DNA of 64,000 bases from Clostridium thermobutyricum (GTDB lineage Bacteria; Bacillota; Clostridia; Ch29), in NCBI GenBank assembly GCA_016841565.1, contig JAENYX010000012.1, forward strand, positions 619 to 64,618, given 5' to 3'. The translations under genes and the position numbers were made by a program. This document shows positions 29,516 through 40,129 of the stretch, piece after piece. The notes under the pieces were generated by a model. The model worked only from the letters and a program-made list of their open reading frames with translations. It searched no databases and was not told where the DNA came from. How positions within the stretch are numbered: position 1 is the stretch's first letter; each line of letters begins with the position of its first letter.

Positions 29516-29720
29516 ACTTTCCTCTCCCTTCAACATGGAATAAACGGTACAAGTTATGAATATAATATTTAAAACTCTTAAGGAGGTCTGTTGTATGTAC
29601 AAAATCACCACATCAAAGAGGCTTTTTTTGATAGGAAATATGCAGGATATATTGTATTTCCTTGCTCAAATTAGTAAGACCAATGTTTCCCTGAAACAGT
29701 ACCTTGAAGACCAGCCAACT

Positions 29721-30827
29721 TTATTGTAAATATCCAGCCAGAGTTTCGGCGCATGCCCCAATCCCTAAAAAATAATCCCTGTCTTCCTCTATCCCTCTGC
29801 CCATGGTAGTGGTCTTAAGACAATAATCCTCCATAGCGCTTAAGACTGCTTCTCCTTTATTAAACACTACAGAATGCTTTTTATCAATGTTGTATTTCAG
29901 TATCTGACCTTTTATATATCCAAGCTTCCCCTGCTCCAATTCGGGCAGCGGCAGTATGGCTCTGGTTTTTGCAATATCCGCCAGCACCGTTATTGAATGG
30001 TGGCTTATACCCCTGTGCCTTATTCTCTTATCTGCAAAACTTATTCTGGGAAGTGCCACCGGCAGGCCTCCAAGGGTGGTAATCCCGTCTATTATATAAC
30101 CCTGCTCCACCCCTGTGAATCCATATTTGGTAGCCGTACCCGTTATTCCCGGACCCATACCTGTAACCACCAGGTCACATCCGGCCACCTGCTTTGCTGC
30201 AATTATTCCTGTATAAAAATTAACTGTTTCAAAATCTCCGCCAAAGGCATTCCCCGAGGTAACCGTTACATCCAGCAAGCCCTTTTCCTTTAACTCCGGA
30301 ATGGTTTTACTAAGAGCTATTGGCAAAGCAGCTCCATCCGTCATTACATATCCAATTTTTGTCCCCGGCTGCTTTTTTTTAACCAAAGCGCACAGAGGTC
30401 CGAGAACACTATGCAATGGTGCTACAACAACAGGGCTACCCTTAAGACTGGTGAAGCTATTAAATTTGTCATGAAACCTGCTTTGTTGTTCCTCGGCTGC
30501 AAAACATTTGACCTGCATTGGCGTATACCTTAATTTCATTATGTGTCCCTGACCCGACATGTCCAGCGCCGAGTTTTCAAGATTTGCAATCACAAATCCA
30601 TATCCCCCGGTTCCCAGCCCCAGACGCCCGGCAGTAGTGTTGAGCAACACCCTGTCACCTTCTTTGACACAACCCGTCATCGCAGTATATACCAGTGCCA
30701 GGTTAAGGCTATCCTCAACTGCAACCTGGATTTCCTGAAGCCTCTCCCTTTCCATCAGAACCTTGACAACCATTCCCTCTCTAACCCTAATCATCATATT
30801 TGCCCGCTCCCCCTGTTCCCAGTGCAT
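29721..30827 (-). CDS. DUF3866-like conserved protein
   Basis: 368 aa, soluble, Gly-rich segments (..GLGTGGYGFVIANL.., ..TGMGPGITGTATKYGFTG..). The real start may be an internal Met, since the ORF-track start overlaps the upstream gene by 41 nt. Confidence 0.5.
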   Translation of the reverse strand: MHWEQGERANMMIRVREGMVVKVLMERERLQEIQVAVEDSLNLALVYTAMTGCVKEGDRVLLNTTAGRLGLGTGGYGFVIANLENSALDMSGQGHIMKLRYTPMQVKCFAAEEQQSRFHDKFNSFTSLKGSPVVVAPLHSVLGPLCALVKKKQPGTKIGYVMTDGAALPIALSKTIPELKEKGLLDVTVTSGNAFGGDFETVNFYTGIIAAKQVAGCDLVVTGMGPGITGTATKYGFTGVEQGYIIDGITTLGGLPVALPRISFADKRIRHRGISHHSITVLADIAKTRAILPLPELEQGKLGYIKGQILKYNIDKKHSVVFNKGEAVLSAMEDYCLKTTTMGRGIEEDRDYFLGIGACAETLAGYLQ

Positions 30828-31614
30828 CCATATACCTTAAAACCCTGTTCCGGTAAATTACTTTTGTAAAGGAGTACTTTTCGGAAGCCAGCTGCAGTAA
30901 TACCAATAATAAAAGGATTACTGCTTTTTGATGCATCTGCGTTCCAAGACAGCAATATAATCCCAGGACCACTCCTAACACATTGGATCCTGCATCTCCC
31001 ATCATTCCTTTCCTCTTTATATCTACCGGAAGATAAGCTGCAAGGCTTCCGGCCAATGGAGCCAATATATACCCATAGCCTCTCACAGAAAGGAAAGTAT
31101 ATAAAATACCCCAGATAAAAAAGAAGGACTTTATGGCTCTCCCCGGCCTCAGATCCAACAGATTTAACAGATTGGTAAACATGGCAATCATAAAAGTATT
31201 TAATAAACCTTCCAACAAGTTTGATGATATGACGGCCGAAATGGCCGCAGCCGCCAGCCCTCCAACAACAGCCTTCAGCCCACCGGTGGTAAGATTGCCT
31301 TCCAGCAGACATCTTATGTGCCCTCTGAAGCCTTTGATATTTTTTTTGCCAAGCAAATCATCCACAATTCCCACAAACCCCATAACGGAAGCTGCCAGCG
31401 CGTTTATGAGTACCAACTGTGTATCTGTTTCATATATAAATAACATAATGATACTGGCCATCAAAACCACCGGTATAAATATCACTCCCATACCTGTCGG
31501 TACTGCTTCACCACGGAAATTTTTTCTCAAAGCTCCCGAGTTGGTCAACATGCCGGAAATATAGGGCATGAAAAGGTAAGTTGCAGATGCTGTTACGGCT
31601 AGTACTACTACCAT
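30787..31614 (-). CDS. Polyprenyl-phosphate N-acetylhexosamine-1-phosphate transferase (MraY/WecA-like, GT4 family)
   Basis: Polytopic, ..NLLNLLDLRPGRA.. and ..DDLLG.. motifs of the MraY/WecA superfamily. Short at 275 aa. Confidence 0.65.
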   Translation of the reverse strand: MVVVLAVTASATYLFMPYISGMLTNSGALRKNFRGEAVPTGMGVIFIPVVLMASIIMLFIYETDTQLVLINALAASVMGFVGIVDDLLGKKNIKGFRGHIRCLLEGNLTTGGLKAVVGGLAAAAISAVISSNLLEGLLNTFMIAMFTNLLNLLDLRPGRAIKSFFFIWGILYTFLSVRGYGYILAPLAGSLAAYLPVDIKRKGMMGDAGSNVLGVVLGLYCCLGTQMHQKAVILLLLVLLQLASEKYSFTKVIYRNRVLRYMDALGTGGAGKYDD

Positions 31615-32288
31615 TTGTTACTCCTCGCTTCCCGTAGGTAGAACCTGAGTATCTCAAAAAACTGCCTTCCCCTGTGTATAAATCCCTTCAAGTTTCTTTT
31701 GGTTTCACGGTGTGTCATCTTAACCGGCACCTCTATGACGGTGTATCCCATTTTCATGGCTTTAATATTCATGCCTATTTCTGCTGCAAAGCCGTCGGGC
31801 ACAGGCTCAATAGCCAGAAGTACATCCCTTCTGAACGCTCTTTGGCCGGATAAACCCGACTTCAATATTTTGCCCGTACTTGCATACACCAGCAATCGGG
31901 CCAGTTTTTTAACCAACCCGAAACCGCCTTTATTGACTGCAGGCGGGAAAATCCCAATGGTCATATCGGCCTTACCTGTCATGACGGGTTCCACCAGCTT
32001 GGTCAATTCCGAAGAGCTTTTCCCAATATCGGCATCTAGAAAAACTATAATTTCAGAACATACACTGCCTAATCCGTAGTTGATAGCATACCCCTTACCC
32101 CGGTTGCGTTTCAACCTGATCACTTCAGCTCCCAAGTCCGAAGCTACCTGTGCAGTATTATCCCGTGACCCGTCGTCCACAACCACCACTCTGTCGACAA
32201 TTCCGGATGCCTTAATGCCGTAAATAGTGCTGCCAATATATTTTTGCTCGTTAAATGCGGGTATTAATACCGTTACCTGCTGCTTCAA
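31608..32288 (-). CDS. GT2 family glycosyltransferase (Dpm1/polyprenyl-phosphate glycosyltransferase-like)
   Basis: ..VLIPAFNE.. and ..VVVVDDGSRDNT.., DAD-type motif (FLDADI), 226 aa. Confidence 0.8.
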   Translation of the reverse strand: MKQQVTVLIPAFNEQKYIGSTIYGIKASGIVDRVVVVDDGSRDNTAQVASDLGAEVIRLKRNRGKGYAINYGLGSVCSEIIVFLDADIGKSSSELTKLVEPVMTGKADMTIGIFPPAVNKGGFGLVKKLARLLVYASTGKILKSGLSGQRAFRRDVLLAIEPVPDGFAAEIGMNIKAMKMGYTVIEVPVKMTHRETKRNLKGFIHRGRQFFEILRFYLREARSNKW

Positions 32289-32315
32289 ATGCGCACCCTC
32301 CTATCCAAACCTAAC

Positions 32316-33182
32316 CTAATCGGGAATAAGAGCATCTGCCGTATCTTTAACACCGTAATGCCCTTCATTCCCCTGCAGAACTTTTATCAGAGAGTATTGC
32401 CCGATTATATTGTCTATATTGTCCACCGAGGATATTTTAAAATCCTTGTAATGCTTAATACAGGATTGTTTGCAGCCGGTTTTTTCAACTCCCACAACAG
32501 GTATATTGCAGTTTTTTATAGCATTAATAATGGGAATCTCCAGCCTTTCCATCAAATCCGGCTCTCCGGCAAAGCTGTCTCCGGCCAGTATAAAGTAATC
32601 CACCTCTCCGTTATACTCTCCCGATACGTCTATCATTCCCAAATCCTTCAACTGCCCGATAAATTTCTCGTCTCCCCCGGTAAGTATGGCGTTCACCAGT
32701 CTTCCTGACACATATGGGCATAAATCGCTGCTTTCCACAAACTCATCAAGACTATCTCTTAAAACAAGAGTCTTTTGCGGATTCTGACTCATATACTCCT
32801 TCCCGATAAATGTGGTGGATGTAACAACTGCCCCCGCTTTATTCAGCGAATTCATCATACCTGTGTATACCGATTCATTATTGCTTTGAATTATGGCTAT
32901 TTTAAGACCCGCCAGACTATCCTTAATCAAAGCAGGTAATATCCGGCCAGCCAGGTCCCTGTGCATAAGCAGTTCCTTTTCCTTTAGATCAACCATGGAT
33001 TGAAGACTGCCGTTTTCCTGTTTAAGCTCCACAAATCTTAATTCCAATTCGCTTATCAACCCCTGCTGGTGCTCTACGAATATCTCCTGGCCATCCAGAG
33101 TAAAACCAATAAATATACCCACTCCCAGGGCCAGGAAAACCGATGCCATCATAACCACATAGTATCTTATGTTTATTATCAC
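32316..33182 (-). CDS. N-terminally anchored coiled-coil protein (copper-transporter/MctB-like, SteB-like partner of SteA; tentative)
   Basis: Single N-terminal TM helix, coiled-coil, then a soluble domain. Positioned directly downstream of steA, as SteB is in Actinobacteria. Confidence 0.4.
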   Translation of the reverse strand: MIINIRYYVVMMASVFLALGVGIFIGFTLDGQEIFVEHQQGLISELELRFVELKQENGSLQSMVDLKEKELLMHRDLAGRILPALIKDSLAGLKIAIIQSNNESVYTGMMNSLNKAGAVVTSTTFIGKEYMSQNPQKTLVLRDSLDEFVESSDLCPYVSGRLVNAILTGGDEKFIGQLKDLGMIDVSGEYNGEVDYFILAGDSFAGEPDLMERLEIPIINAIKNCNIPVVGVEKTGCKQSCIKHYKDFKISSVDNIDNIIGQYSLIKVLQGNEGHYGVKDTADALIPD

Positions 33183-33194
33183 ATATCACTCTCC

Positions 33195-34373
33195 TTAAAA
33201 GCCAAGCATTAGCCTCAGACGGATTGACAAAAGCCTATATAATTGTTGAAGAGGCGGCGACATTGCTCCCACAACTACTATAGGTATCATGGCAGCCAAA
33301 ACCAGCCCGACTATATGCTTAGTCTTTACGCTTTCTCTGTAAAGCTTGTTAACGCCTTTTGCATCAACCAGCTTTTCCCCAACCTTGAGGCGCGTCAGAA
33401 AAGTACTCCCCATCCCCTTTCTCCCCTTCTCCAGAAAATCTATCATGCTTGAATGGGCGCCTACTGCTACTATAAGCTCTGCCCGGTTTTCATAGGCCAG
33501 AAGCATGGCAATATCTTCACTGGTTCCGGGACAGGACAGTATTTGGGCCTTCAGTCCCAGCCGGTTTATCCTGTCCATCCCGGGGGCCATTCCGTTCAGA
33601 TATGCATGCACAATAATTTCTCTGCAATTCCTGAGGGCTTTGTCGCTTACACTGTCCATATCGCCTATTATTATGTCCGGAACCAGCCCGAATTCCAGAA
33701 GTGCATCTCCTCCTCCGTCCACTCCTATAAGTATTGGCTTTACTTCTTCTATATATGAGCGTATGGTATTTAAATCATTTCTGTAATCCTTTCCTCTTAC
33801 CACCACCAGAGCATGTCTTCCTGCAAACACCGTTCTGACCGGAGGAAGTTTTATTTGTCCAAGTATGAACTCCTTCTCTTTCTTTGCATACTCCAGTGTA
33901 TTATCAATGAAGCCGTCCAGCTCGCTCTCCAGGTTCTGCCTTGCCAATTCCATTTTTCTTTCAACCCTTTTCATGTCCATTAAATGACCTCTTCCCACCA
34001 GGACTCCGTCCATATATATTTCATTATTTTTTATCTCCAGTATATCTCCGTCCTTTACCCTTTCCATCAGCTCGGGACCTGTGTTGTCAACCAGCGGTAT
34101 CCCTTCCCGGCAAAGCAGTTTGGGACCCAGATTGGGATATCTGCCGCTTATAGATGGCTCAATATTTATTACCGCCTTTGCCTTTGCATTTATTAGGGAT
34201 AATGCCCCCAGCTCATCAAGATCCCTGTGACATATCACTCCTATCTGTCCGGGATTTAAGCGGCGGACCAGGTTCTTTGTTCTACTGTCCACAATTGCCT
34301 TTGATTTTATATGCATAAATACACCAGCTTTCGTCATTGCCTGGTTGGTATAGTTATTATTTGTTTTTCTCAA
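33195..34373 (-). CDS. steA: Putative cytokinetic ring protein SteA (TPK-like domain)
   Basis: Thiamine-pyrophosphokinase-like core (..LIGVDGGGDALLEFGLVPDIIIGDMDSV..) plus a C-terminal TM helix, as in SteA. Confidence 0.65.
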   Translation of the reverse strand: MRKTNNNYTNQAMTKAGVFMHIKSKAIVDSRTKNLVRRLNPGQIGVICHRDLDELGALSLINAKAKAVINIEPSISGRYPNLGPKLLCREGIPLVDNTGPELMERVKDGDILEIKNNEIYMDGVLVGRGHLMDMKRVERKMELARQNLESELDGFIDNTLEYAKKEKEFILGQIKLPPVRTVFAGRHALVVVRGKDYRNDLNTIRSYIEEVKPILIGVDGGGDALLEFGLVPDIIIGDMDSVSDKALRNCREIIVHAYLNGMAPGMDRINRLGLKAQILSCPGTSEDIAMLLAYENRAELIVAVGAHSSMIDFLEKGRKGMGSTFLTRLKVGEKLVDAKGVNKLYRESVKTKHIVGLVLAAMIPIVVVGAMSPPLQQLYRLLSIRLRLMLGF

Positions 34374-34447
34374 TAAAAAATTGCCCCATAAGGGACAATT
34401 TTTGCTTTCCTACAAATTTTTTTTTAATTTCTTATTTGCCTGACCTA

Positions 34448-35692
34448 TTATTTCAAAATTGGATCCTCGATTAGAAGCTTTCTTACATTCATAATGAATA
34501 AGTCGCTCTCAGGTCCATTGTAAGCCAATCTGGCTCCATCGGTTGACAGGTAGAATTCCTTGGAAGGAAGCCCTCCTATCAGCTTCAATGTACCGTCGGT
34601 AATACTGAAACTCCATAGCGTATAATAAGTCCAGTCATTGCCATAGCTTGGTTCTGCCATCTCGGTAGCCAAATACAGGTATTTTCCTTCTTTATCCCAT
34701 TTATGAGCGACAACATAAACATTTTTGGGCATATCAACGGTAATACGTTTTCCGGAGCTCCTGTGTTCAATATATGCATTTTTTGTATATACAAACCCTA
34801 TTTCATTTGTATCGCTGGTCTGAACAAACTGGTATCCGGTCATAGAGCTTGTTTTTTGATTGTATTGCTCTATATATTTGTTGGCCTTTTCCATACTAAT
34901 TTCAGTTTTATTCTTGTCCATATCCATCAGGTAAAAATCCTCGCCGTCAATCCCACTTACAATAAGAGTGGCTTCATCCTTCCAGCCTTCGATTTTGGCT
35001 GTTTCACCATGTCTGTATACCCCCGACAGGCTGTTTCTGTTGTAAATACGATACTCTATCAACTGTCCATTCTGTGAATCCACCGCAACTACACCCTGTA
35101 TAAGTTCGTTTCCCGCCCGGTTAATATTCTCGCTATCCCCGAAGAAAAAAATATAAGCTAGTTTATATCCATATTGGTCTTCAAAAAGGGCCATGCAGTC
35201 CATTGTGCTTGTGAAATCAGTTTCCATGTGGTCCCAAGCGTATGAAAGGGCAGTCATATAATCTATCGCCGGTTTGAGGGTTTTTGATTGGATGCTGAAT
35301 AATACATTGTCCGGCTCGAAATATTCTTTGTACTTTTTTTCAACGGCCAGCACTTTGTAATAAGCCGGCGCTAAATTGTGAAAGGGGTCTGTTCTTTCCA
35401 TACCCGGTTTTGGCTTAAGGTCAATAATAATACTCCCGCTGCCTGAAAGTACTATGCTTTCAATATCGGCATTATAAGGCAGGTTTACAGCAAAATAAGC
35501 ACTGTTGTTGTCTTCTCTCAGCATTTTAACCTGCAATTCCAATGGTCCTATTTGATCCTTTATTTCCCCGAAATTGTCCTGCGGCAGACTGCTAAATTCT
35601 ATTTCTCCCTTAATAACAGGCTTTGTTAAATTCCTGCACCCCGACAAAAGGATAACAGTCAGCAAAACTACTACCAGCATTCTCTTTTTCAA
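34448..35692 (-). CDS. Lipoprotein of unknown function
   Basis: Signal peptide with lipobox LLSGC, then a 390-aa Tyr/Trp/Asp-rich repetitive beta-rich domain. Confidence 0.5.
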   Translation of the reverse strand: MKKRMLVVVLLTVILLSGCRNLTKPVIKGEIEFSSLPQDNFGEIKDQIGPLELQVKMLREDNNSAYFAVNLPYNADIESIVLSGSGSIIIDLKPKPGMERTDPFHNLAPAYYKVLAVEKKYKEYFEPDNVLFSIQSKTLKPAIDYMTALSYAWDHMETDFTSTMDCMALFEDQYGYKLAYIFFFGDSENINRAGNELIQGVVAVDSQNGQLIEYRIYNRNSLSGVYRHGETAKIEGWKDEATLIVSGIDGEDFYLMDMDKNKTEISMEKANKYIEQYNQKTSSMTGYQFVQTSDTNEIGFVYTKNAYIEHRSSGKRITVDMPKNVYVVAHKWDKEGKYLYLATEMAEPSYGNDWTYYTLWSFSITDGTLKLIGGLPSKEFYLSTDGARLAYNGPESDLFIMNVRKLLIEDPILK

Positions 35693-35726
35693 AGGAATCC
35701 CTCCCCACTGTTATGGATGCTAACCC

Positions 35727-36284
35727 CTAATCATTCATATGTATCATTTCTGGAAAATTGGCTGTTATCTCCTTTACCAACTGACAATCTCCCGTATTCT
35801 TCATAACCGACAGCATCTCCATTATAAGAACAGGATTGGTATCAGTATTGATTTTGCCTGCTTTGAACAGCCGGTCACAGCACTGCGCTGCTCCCTGGCT
35901 GTCTCTGGTTCTGTTTTTGCAGACCAGAACTGCAGGAAGCAGTGTGTCCTCCATATCAGGCCTAAGCTCGATTATAGAATTAAGTTTTTTTAATGCCTTG
36001 TCGTATCTGGCCCTATGGTAATTTTCCTGGGCTTGTTTATACAGCCAGGCCGGCCTTTCTTTGGCCTTGCCAATCATCATTAAAGTTAAGTTTATTAAAA
36101 ACACGGCCAAACAAATGGGCAATATTATTGCAAGGGGCCCTCCGGTCCCGGCAACCCCAATAAATACTCCAAAAAAGCTCAGCCAAAGAATAATCAACTT
36201 TTGAGTGTATCCCCGGGGAATCAACTCTTCCGGCGGCAATACCGGCAGTATTGGGTTGTATCGTCCTTTTCGGGCTTTGCTCAT
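35727..36284 (-). CDS. Membrane protein with TPR-like C-terminal region
   Basis: Two TM helices followed by a helical repeat region. Start taken at MSKARKG, because the longer start falls inside repeat copy A. Confidence 0.4.
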   Translation of the reverse strand: MSKARKGRYNPILPVLPPEELIPRGYTQKLIILWLSFFGVFIGVAGTGGPLAIILPICLAVFLINLTLMMIGKAKERPAWLYKQAQENYHRARYDKALKKLNSIIELRPDMEDTLLPAVLVCKNRTRDSQGAAQCCDRLFKAGKINTDTNPVLIMEMLSVMKNTGDCQLVKEITANFPEMIHMND

Positions 36285-36292
36285 AATGCTGC

Positions 36293-36413
36293 CTCCATTA
36301 CCTGTCATTTAAGAGGGCGGAGCCCGAAGAATCTGACTTGAAAATGGACATAAGATCCTTCGCCTGGCTCAGGATGACACGTTAACAGGCGTAAAACCTT
36401 AAGCACGTTATAT
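36293..36413. repeat. ~120-bp repeat element, copy A (inverted relative to copy B at 43021..43139)
   Basis: The core CCTGTCATTTAAGAGGGCGGAGCCCGAAGAATCTGACTTGAAAATGGACATAAGATCCTTCGCCTGGCTCAGGATGACACGTTA..CTTAAGCACGTTATATA matches the reverse complement of 43021..43139. Only a handful of mismatches separate the copies. Confidence 0.85.
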
Positions 36414-36462
36414 ATTTACATAATATTATTATGGTAGTCACATTAAGTCTGTTGTATACCGG

Positions 36463-38211
36463 TTAACCATTTTTCCTAACTTTAGCCCAGCTGTCCTTCA
36501 ATGAAACAATCCGGTTGAATACCGGTTTGCCGTCCTTCCATCGACCGGTATCGGCGCAAAAGTATCCAAGCCTTATAAATTGATACCTGCAACCCGGCTT
36601 TGCCTTCCCAAGCTCCGGTTCCAGCATGCAGGAAACCAGCCTTTGCAGCGAATTCTTGTCCAGCCTCGATTGAAAATCAATACCTTCTTCGCCCTCCGGG
36701 TTTTCGTCAGGGAAAAGATGCTCATAAAGACGGACTTCCGCCTGGATGGCATGGTCTGCAGACACCCAGTGGAGCGTACCTTTGACCTTCCTCCCACTGT
36801 TGGGCCCTCCACTTTTTGAATCGGGATCGTAGGTACAGTGTATTTCGGTAACAGTTCCGGAAGCTTTATCCTTTACCACATCAACACATTTAATTATGTA
36901 AGCATTTTTCAAACGCACTTCTTTACCCGGAGTGAGCCTGAAAAACTTTGGAGGCGGTACCTCAAAAAAATCGTCCCGTTCAATATACAATTCCCGCGAA
37001 AAGGGCAGCTTCCTGGTTCCCAATTCCGGACTTTCGGGATTATTTTCCGTCTCCAGGTATTCTACTTTATCTTTTGGGTAATTATCTATCACAAGCTTGA
37101 CCGGGTTTAATACTGCCATAACCCGGGGCGATTTTGCTTTCAAGTCCTCACGAATACAGTGCTCCAGCAGCGCAATATCGACAGTGCTGTTGCTCTTGGC
37201 AACACCTATTCGCTCACAAAAATCCCGTAAGGCTTCGGGTGTATATCCGCGCCTTCTTAAGCCTGATATTGTAGGCATTCGCGGATCATCCCAACCGTCC
37301 ACATAACCTTCCTCTACCAGCTTTCTGAGCTTTCTTTTGCTCATAACTGTATTTGTCAGGTTAAGCCGGGCAAACTCTATCTGCTTGGGGTGCACTTCCG
37401 GGTCCACATTTTCTATGGTCCAGTCATACAGCGGACGGTGATCTTCAAACTCCAAAGTGCATATGGAATGGGTAATCCCTTCAATTGCATCCGAAAGCGG
37501 ATGGGCATAATCGTACATCGGATATATGCACCAGTCATCGCCCGTTCTATGGTGGGTGGTCCTCATTATTCTGTACAGCACCGGGTCCCTCATATTAAGA
37601 TTTGACGATGCCATGTCTATCTTGGCCCTCAATACCCGAGAACCGTCGGGAAACTCTCCCTTCCTCATTCTCATAAAGAGGTCCAGGTTTTCTTCCGCCG
37701 GTCGGTCCCGGTAAGGGCTGTTTTTACCTGGCTCTGTAAGTGTACCCCGGTATTCTCTTATTTCATCTGCACTCAAATCGCATACGTAGGCTTTTCCTAT
37801 TTTTATAAGCTTGACAGCATATTCAAACAGCTGCTCGAAATAATCGGAGGCGTAGTATTCCCTGTTGCCCCAGTCAAAACCCAGCCACTTTACGTCATCC
37901 TTGATCGAGTCAACATATTCTACTTCCTCTTTACTGGGATTGGTATCGTCAAACCTCAGGTTGCATAACCCTCCGTTTCTTGCCGCAATACCAAAATTCA
38001 GGCATATGGACTTTGCATGACCAATATGAAGGTAGCCGTTGGGCTCGGGGGGAAAACGGGTATGTACTCGCCCGTTATAAACGTTTGTTTCCAAGTCCTG
38101 GTTAATAATGGACTGGATAAAATTAGCCGGCTGATTTGTTGATTCCTGGACTTGGGTCTTATCCCCCTGGCAGGTGTTCAACTTGTCGTCTTCCCTGGAA
38201 TTTGCCACCAT
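36463..38211 (-). CDS. glnS: Glutamine--tRNA ligase
   Basis: HIGH (..YLHIGHAKS..) and VMSKR motifs, GlnRS-type N-terminus, 582 aa. Confidence 0.9.
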   Translation of the reverse strand: MVANSREDDKLNTCQGDKTQVQESTNQPANFIQSIINQDLETNVYNGRVHTRFPPEPNGYLHIGHAKSICLNFGIAARNGGLCNLRFDDTNPSKEEVEYVDSIKDDVKWLGFDWGNREYYASDYFEQLFEYAVKLIKIGKAYVCDLSADEIREYRGTLTEPGKNSPYRDRPAEENLDLFMRMRKGEFPDGSRVLRAKIDMASSNLNMRDPVLYRIMRTTHHRTGDDWCIYPMYDYAHPLSDAIEGITHSICTLEFEDHRPLYDWTIENVDPEVHPKQIEFARLNLTNTVMSKRKLRKLVEEGYVDGWDDPRMPTISGLRRRGYTPEALRDFCERIGVAKSNSTVDIALLEHCIREDLKAKSPRVMAVLNPVKLVIDNYPKDKVEYLETENNPESPELGTRKLPFSRELYIERDDFFEVPPPKFFRLTPGKEVRLKNAYIIKCVDVVKDKASGTVTEIHCTYDPDSKSGGPNSGRKVKGTLHWVSADHAIQAEVRLYEHLFPDENPEGEEGIDFQSRLDKNSLQRLVSCMLEPELGKAKPGCRYQFIRLGYFCADTGRWKDGKPVFNRIVSLKDSWAKVRKNG

Positions 38212-38344
38212 TTTTTTGAATTTCCTCCCCTATGGTTTAGTCTTAAATATGCACCCCTATGGGTATTCACTAAATCTATATTTAACAGCCATCCCAATGT
38301 ATCCCTTTAAATATAATATACATACATCAGGCCATTTTCAATAA

Positions 38345-39232
38345 TTATTCCCCAAATCTCATCAGATGGTTCTTTTCAAATGTCCATTCGGGGGTAACCA
38401 GCGTATCCCCGAAATCCACCCGATACCATGGACTTATAGATTTGTCAGCATTATTTTTTAAGATATGAATATCCTGGGCCGGCATGTAGCTCTGGGCCAA
38501 CATAAACACTTTTTCGCCGGTTCGACTGTTGACTGCCATATCTATTATGATAACACAATGTCCCGGGCTTCCCCCCTGGATAAACACATCTCCTATCTCC
38601 ATATCCGAAACCGCAGCTTGCTGAAGCTCCTTTGACAGTGAAAGGGTGCCTGCATAAGAGAACACCATATCAAGGTATTTTCTGAAGCTGTCGTAGTCTT
38701 CCGAATACCCGGCGCCGCCAACCCAACTTACATTATTGCCGTTTACAGAAATCCTGTTCCCCTGCATCCATTTTTCATACTGCGCATTAAAACCGTTTGT
38801 AAAATTGAAATGAATATTCCGGTACTGCTTCTGCTTATACAAATACTCAGCCCGCAGCCTCATTACCGCATCGGCACACTGCTGTAAATCCCTGTCTCCA
38901 ATTTCCATATCCACTACTGCAATGTGTACGTCTCTTGCTTTTTCCCGCCCGTTGTAATGCAAAACCTTTGAACCGTGAGGTTTAAGAGGTAAGTTTCTCA
39001 GATAATGGGCAAAGGAATTGGCGTCGACGTGGAGCCTTTCGAAGCCTTCCGGTACCATTATCCGCTCCACTACAGTGTTACCCTGGGGAGTTATCATCTG
39101 GCGCTGCACTGTTCCGGCACTGTTTTTATAACCGTTTTCCTCCGTCCGGGGCATACCGCTTCCGGAGTGGTCTGGCTGCTCTGTGCATGCCGTCAGCATA
39201 ATAGCAATTAACACAATAAATATTTTTTTCAA
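38345..39232 (-). CDS. Lipoprotein of unknown function (DUF4846-like, tentative)
   Basis: Start taken at TTG (39230-39232) with a GGAGG RBS 4 nt upstream, giving LKKIFIVLIAIMLTAC (lipobox LTAC). The ORF-track extension MEVDGY.. lacks an RBS. Confidence 0.45.
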   Translation of the reverse strand: MKKIFIVLIAIMLTACTEQPDHSGSGMPRTEENGYKNSAGTVQRQMITPQGNTVVERIMVPEGFERLHVDANSFAHYLRNLPLKPHGSKVLHYNGREKARDVHIAVVDMEIGDRDLQQCADAVMRLRAEYLYKQKQYRNIHFNFTNGFNAQYEKWMQGNRISVNGNNVSWVGGAGYSEDYDSFRKYLDMVFSYAGTLSLSKELQQAAVSDMEIGDVFIQGGSPGHCVIIIDMAVNSRTGEKVFMLAQSYMPAQDIHILKNNADKSISPWYRVDFGDTLVTPEWTFEKNHLMRFGE

Positions 39233-39312
39233 TTTGCCTCCCCTTTCCCCGAACGGGCAGTTAAGAAATACCGGATACCGGCTGCACCGGTATCCATCTA
39301 CTTCCAATATGT

Positions 39313-39615
39313 CTATACGTTATAGTCCAGTACCACGCGCGAATCTGTAATGTCGGTAACAAACCCTGCAACTTCTACATGAGCGGGGTGCTTCTGGTAT
39401 ACTTCCAGTGCGTCCAGGTCCCGGAATTCCGAGTATAAACCCACATCATACGCAGCACCGCTTTGGTTAACATTTATGCCTACCTCAATATGCAGTATCT
39501 CCGGTATCTTATCCTTTAACCCTTCAATCCGCTCCTTCATTAGCTCCAAGTTTTCCTGTTTATCCTTGCCGCTGGCAGAATCCTTAGCCTTCCAAAGCAC
39601 AATGTGTTTTACCAT
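39313..39615 (-). CDS. Dabb-family stress-responsive alpha/beta-barrel protein
   Basis: 100 aa with a ferredoxin-like fold signature (..HIVLWKAKD..). Ends in a weak terminator-like hairpin. Confidence 0.65.
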   Translation of the reverse strand: MVKHIVLWKAKDSASGKDKQENLELMKERIEGLKDKIPEILHIEVGINVNQSGAAYDVGLYSEFRDLDALEVYQKHPAHVEVAGFVTDITDSRVVLDYNV

Positions 39616-39650
39616 AGAAAATTCTCCTCCCTCTCCAACAACTGGTACTA

Positions 39651-39974
39651 TTATACTACATTTTTGCTTTTAATATGAGCCTTTTCATCATTTCCGGGGG
39701 AAAGCGGTATTCGCAATAGTTTCAGTTTCTCTTGTCTCGATAGCTGTTTTATACTATACTCTCTCTGCATTGCTTCCTTCTTTGTACCAAATGCTTCCGA
39801 ATGCCTCAATACCACCGGAAGCCTGGCCCGTGTGCATTTACCTCCCTTACCTTGGTTGTGCTGGGCCAGCCGCCTTTCAACATCGGTTGTCCACCCGGTA
39901 TACAGCGACCCGTCATTGCATTCCAGTATGTATACATAATACACCTTCCGGCACTCCTTTCCACTGTCCTTCAA
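39651..39974 (-). CDS. GIY-YIG nuclease family protein (UPF0213-like)
   Basis: ..[30 protein letters not shown].. GIY-YIG motif, about 100 aa. Confidence 0.7.
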   Translation of the reverse strand: MKDSGKECRKVYYVYILECNDGSLYTGWTTDVERRLAQHNQGKGGKCTRARLPVVLRHSEAFGTKKEAMQREYSIKQLSRQEKLKLLRIPLSPGNDEKAHIKSKNVV

Positions 39975-40129
39975 ACGATGCAGGGGTTAAGAAGTTGAAA
40001 AGGAAGCAAAAGGACCTTCCCCTGCTTCCATTGACATCATATTGCACCAGTATTATTATTATATTGCACCTTTTTACATATTGTCCTTTTATAATATTAT
40101 ATCATACCGAAAATTGGAGGTAAATACAC

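Noticed and set aside
38212-38344. T-box or other riboswitch upstream of glnS
   Set aside because: The 133-nt leader is AT-rich without conserved riboswitch motifs or a terminator/antiterminator pair.
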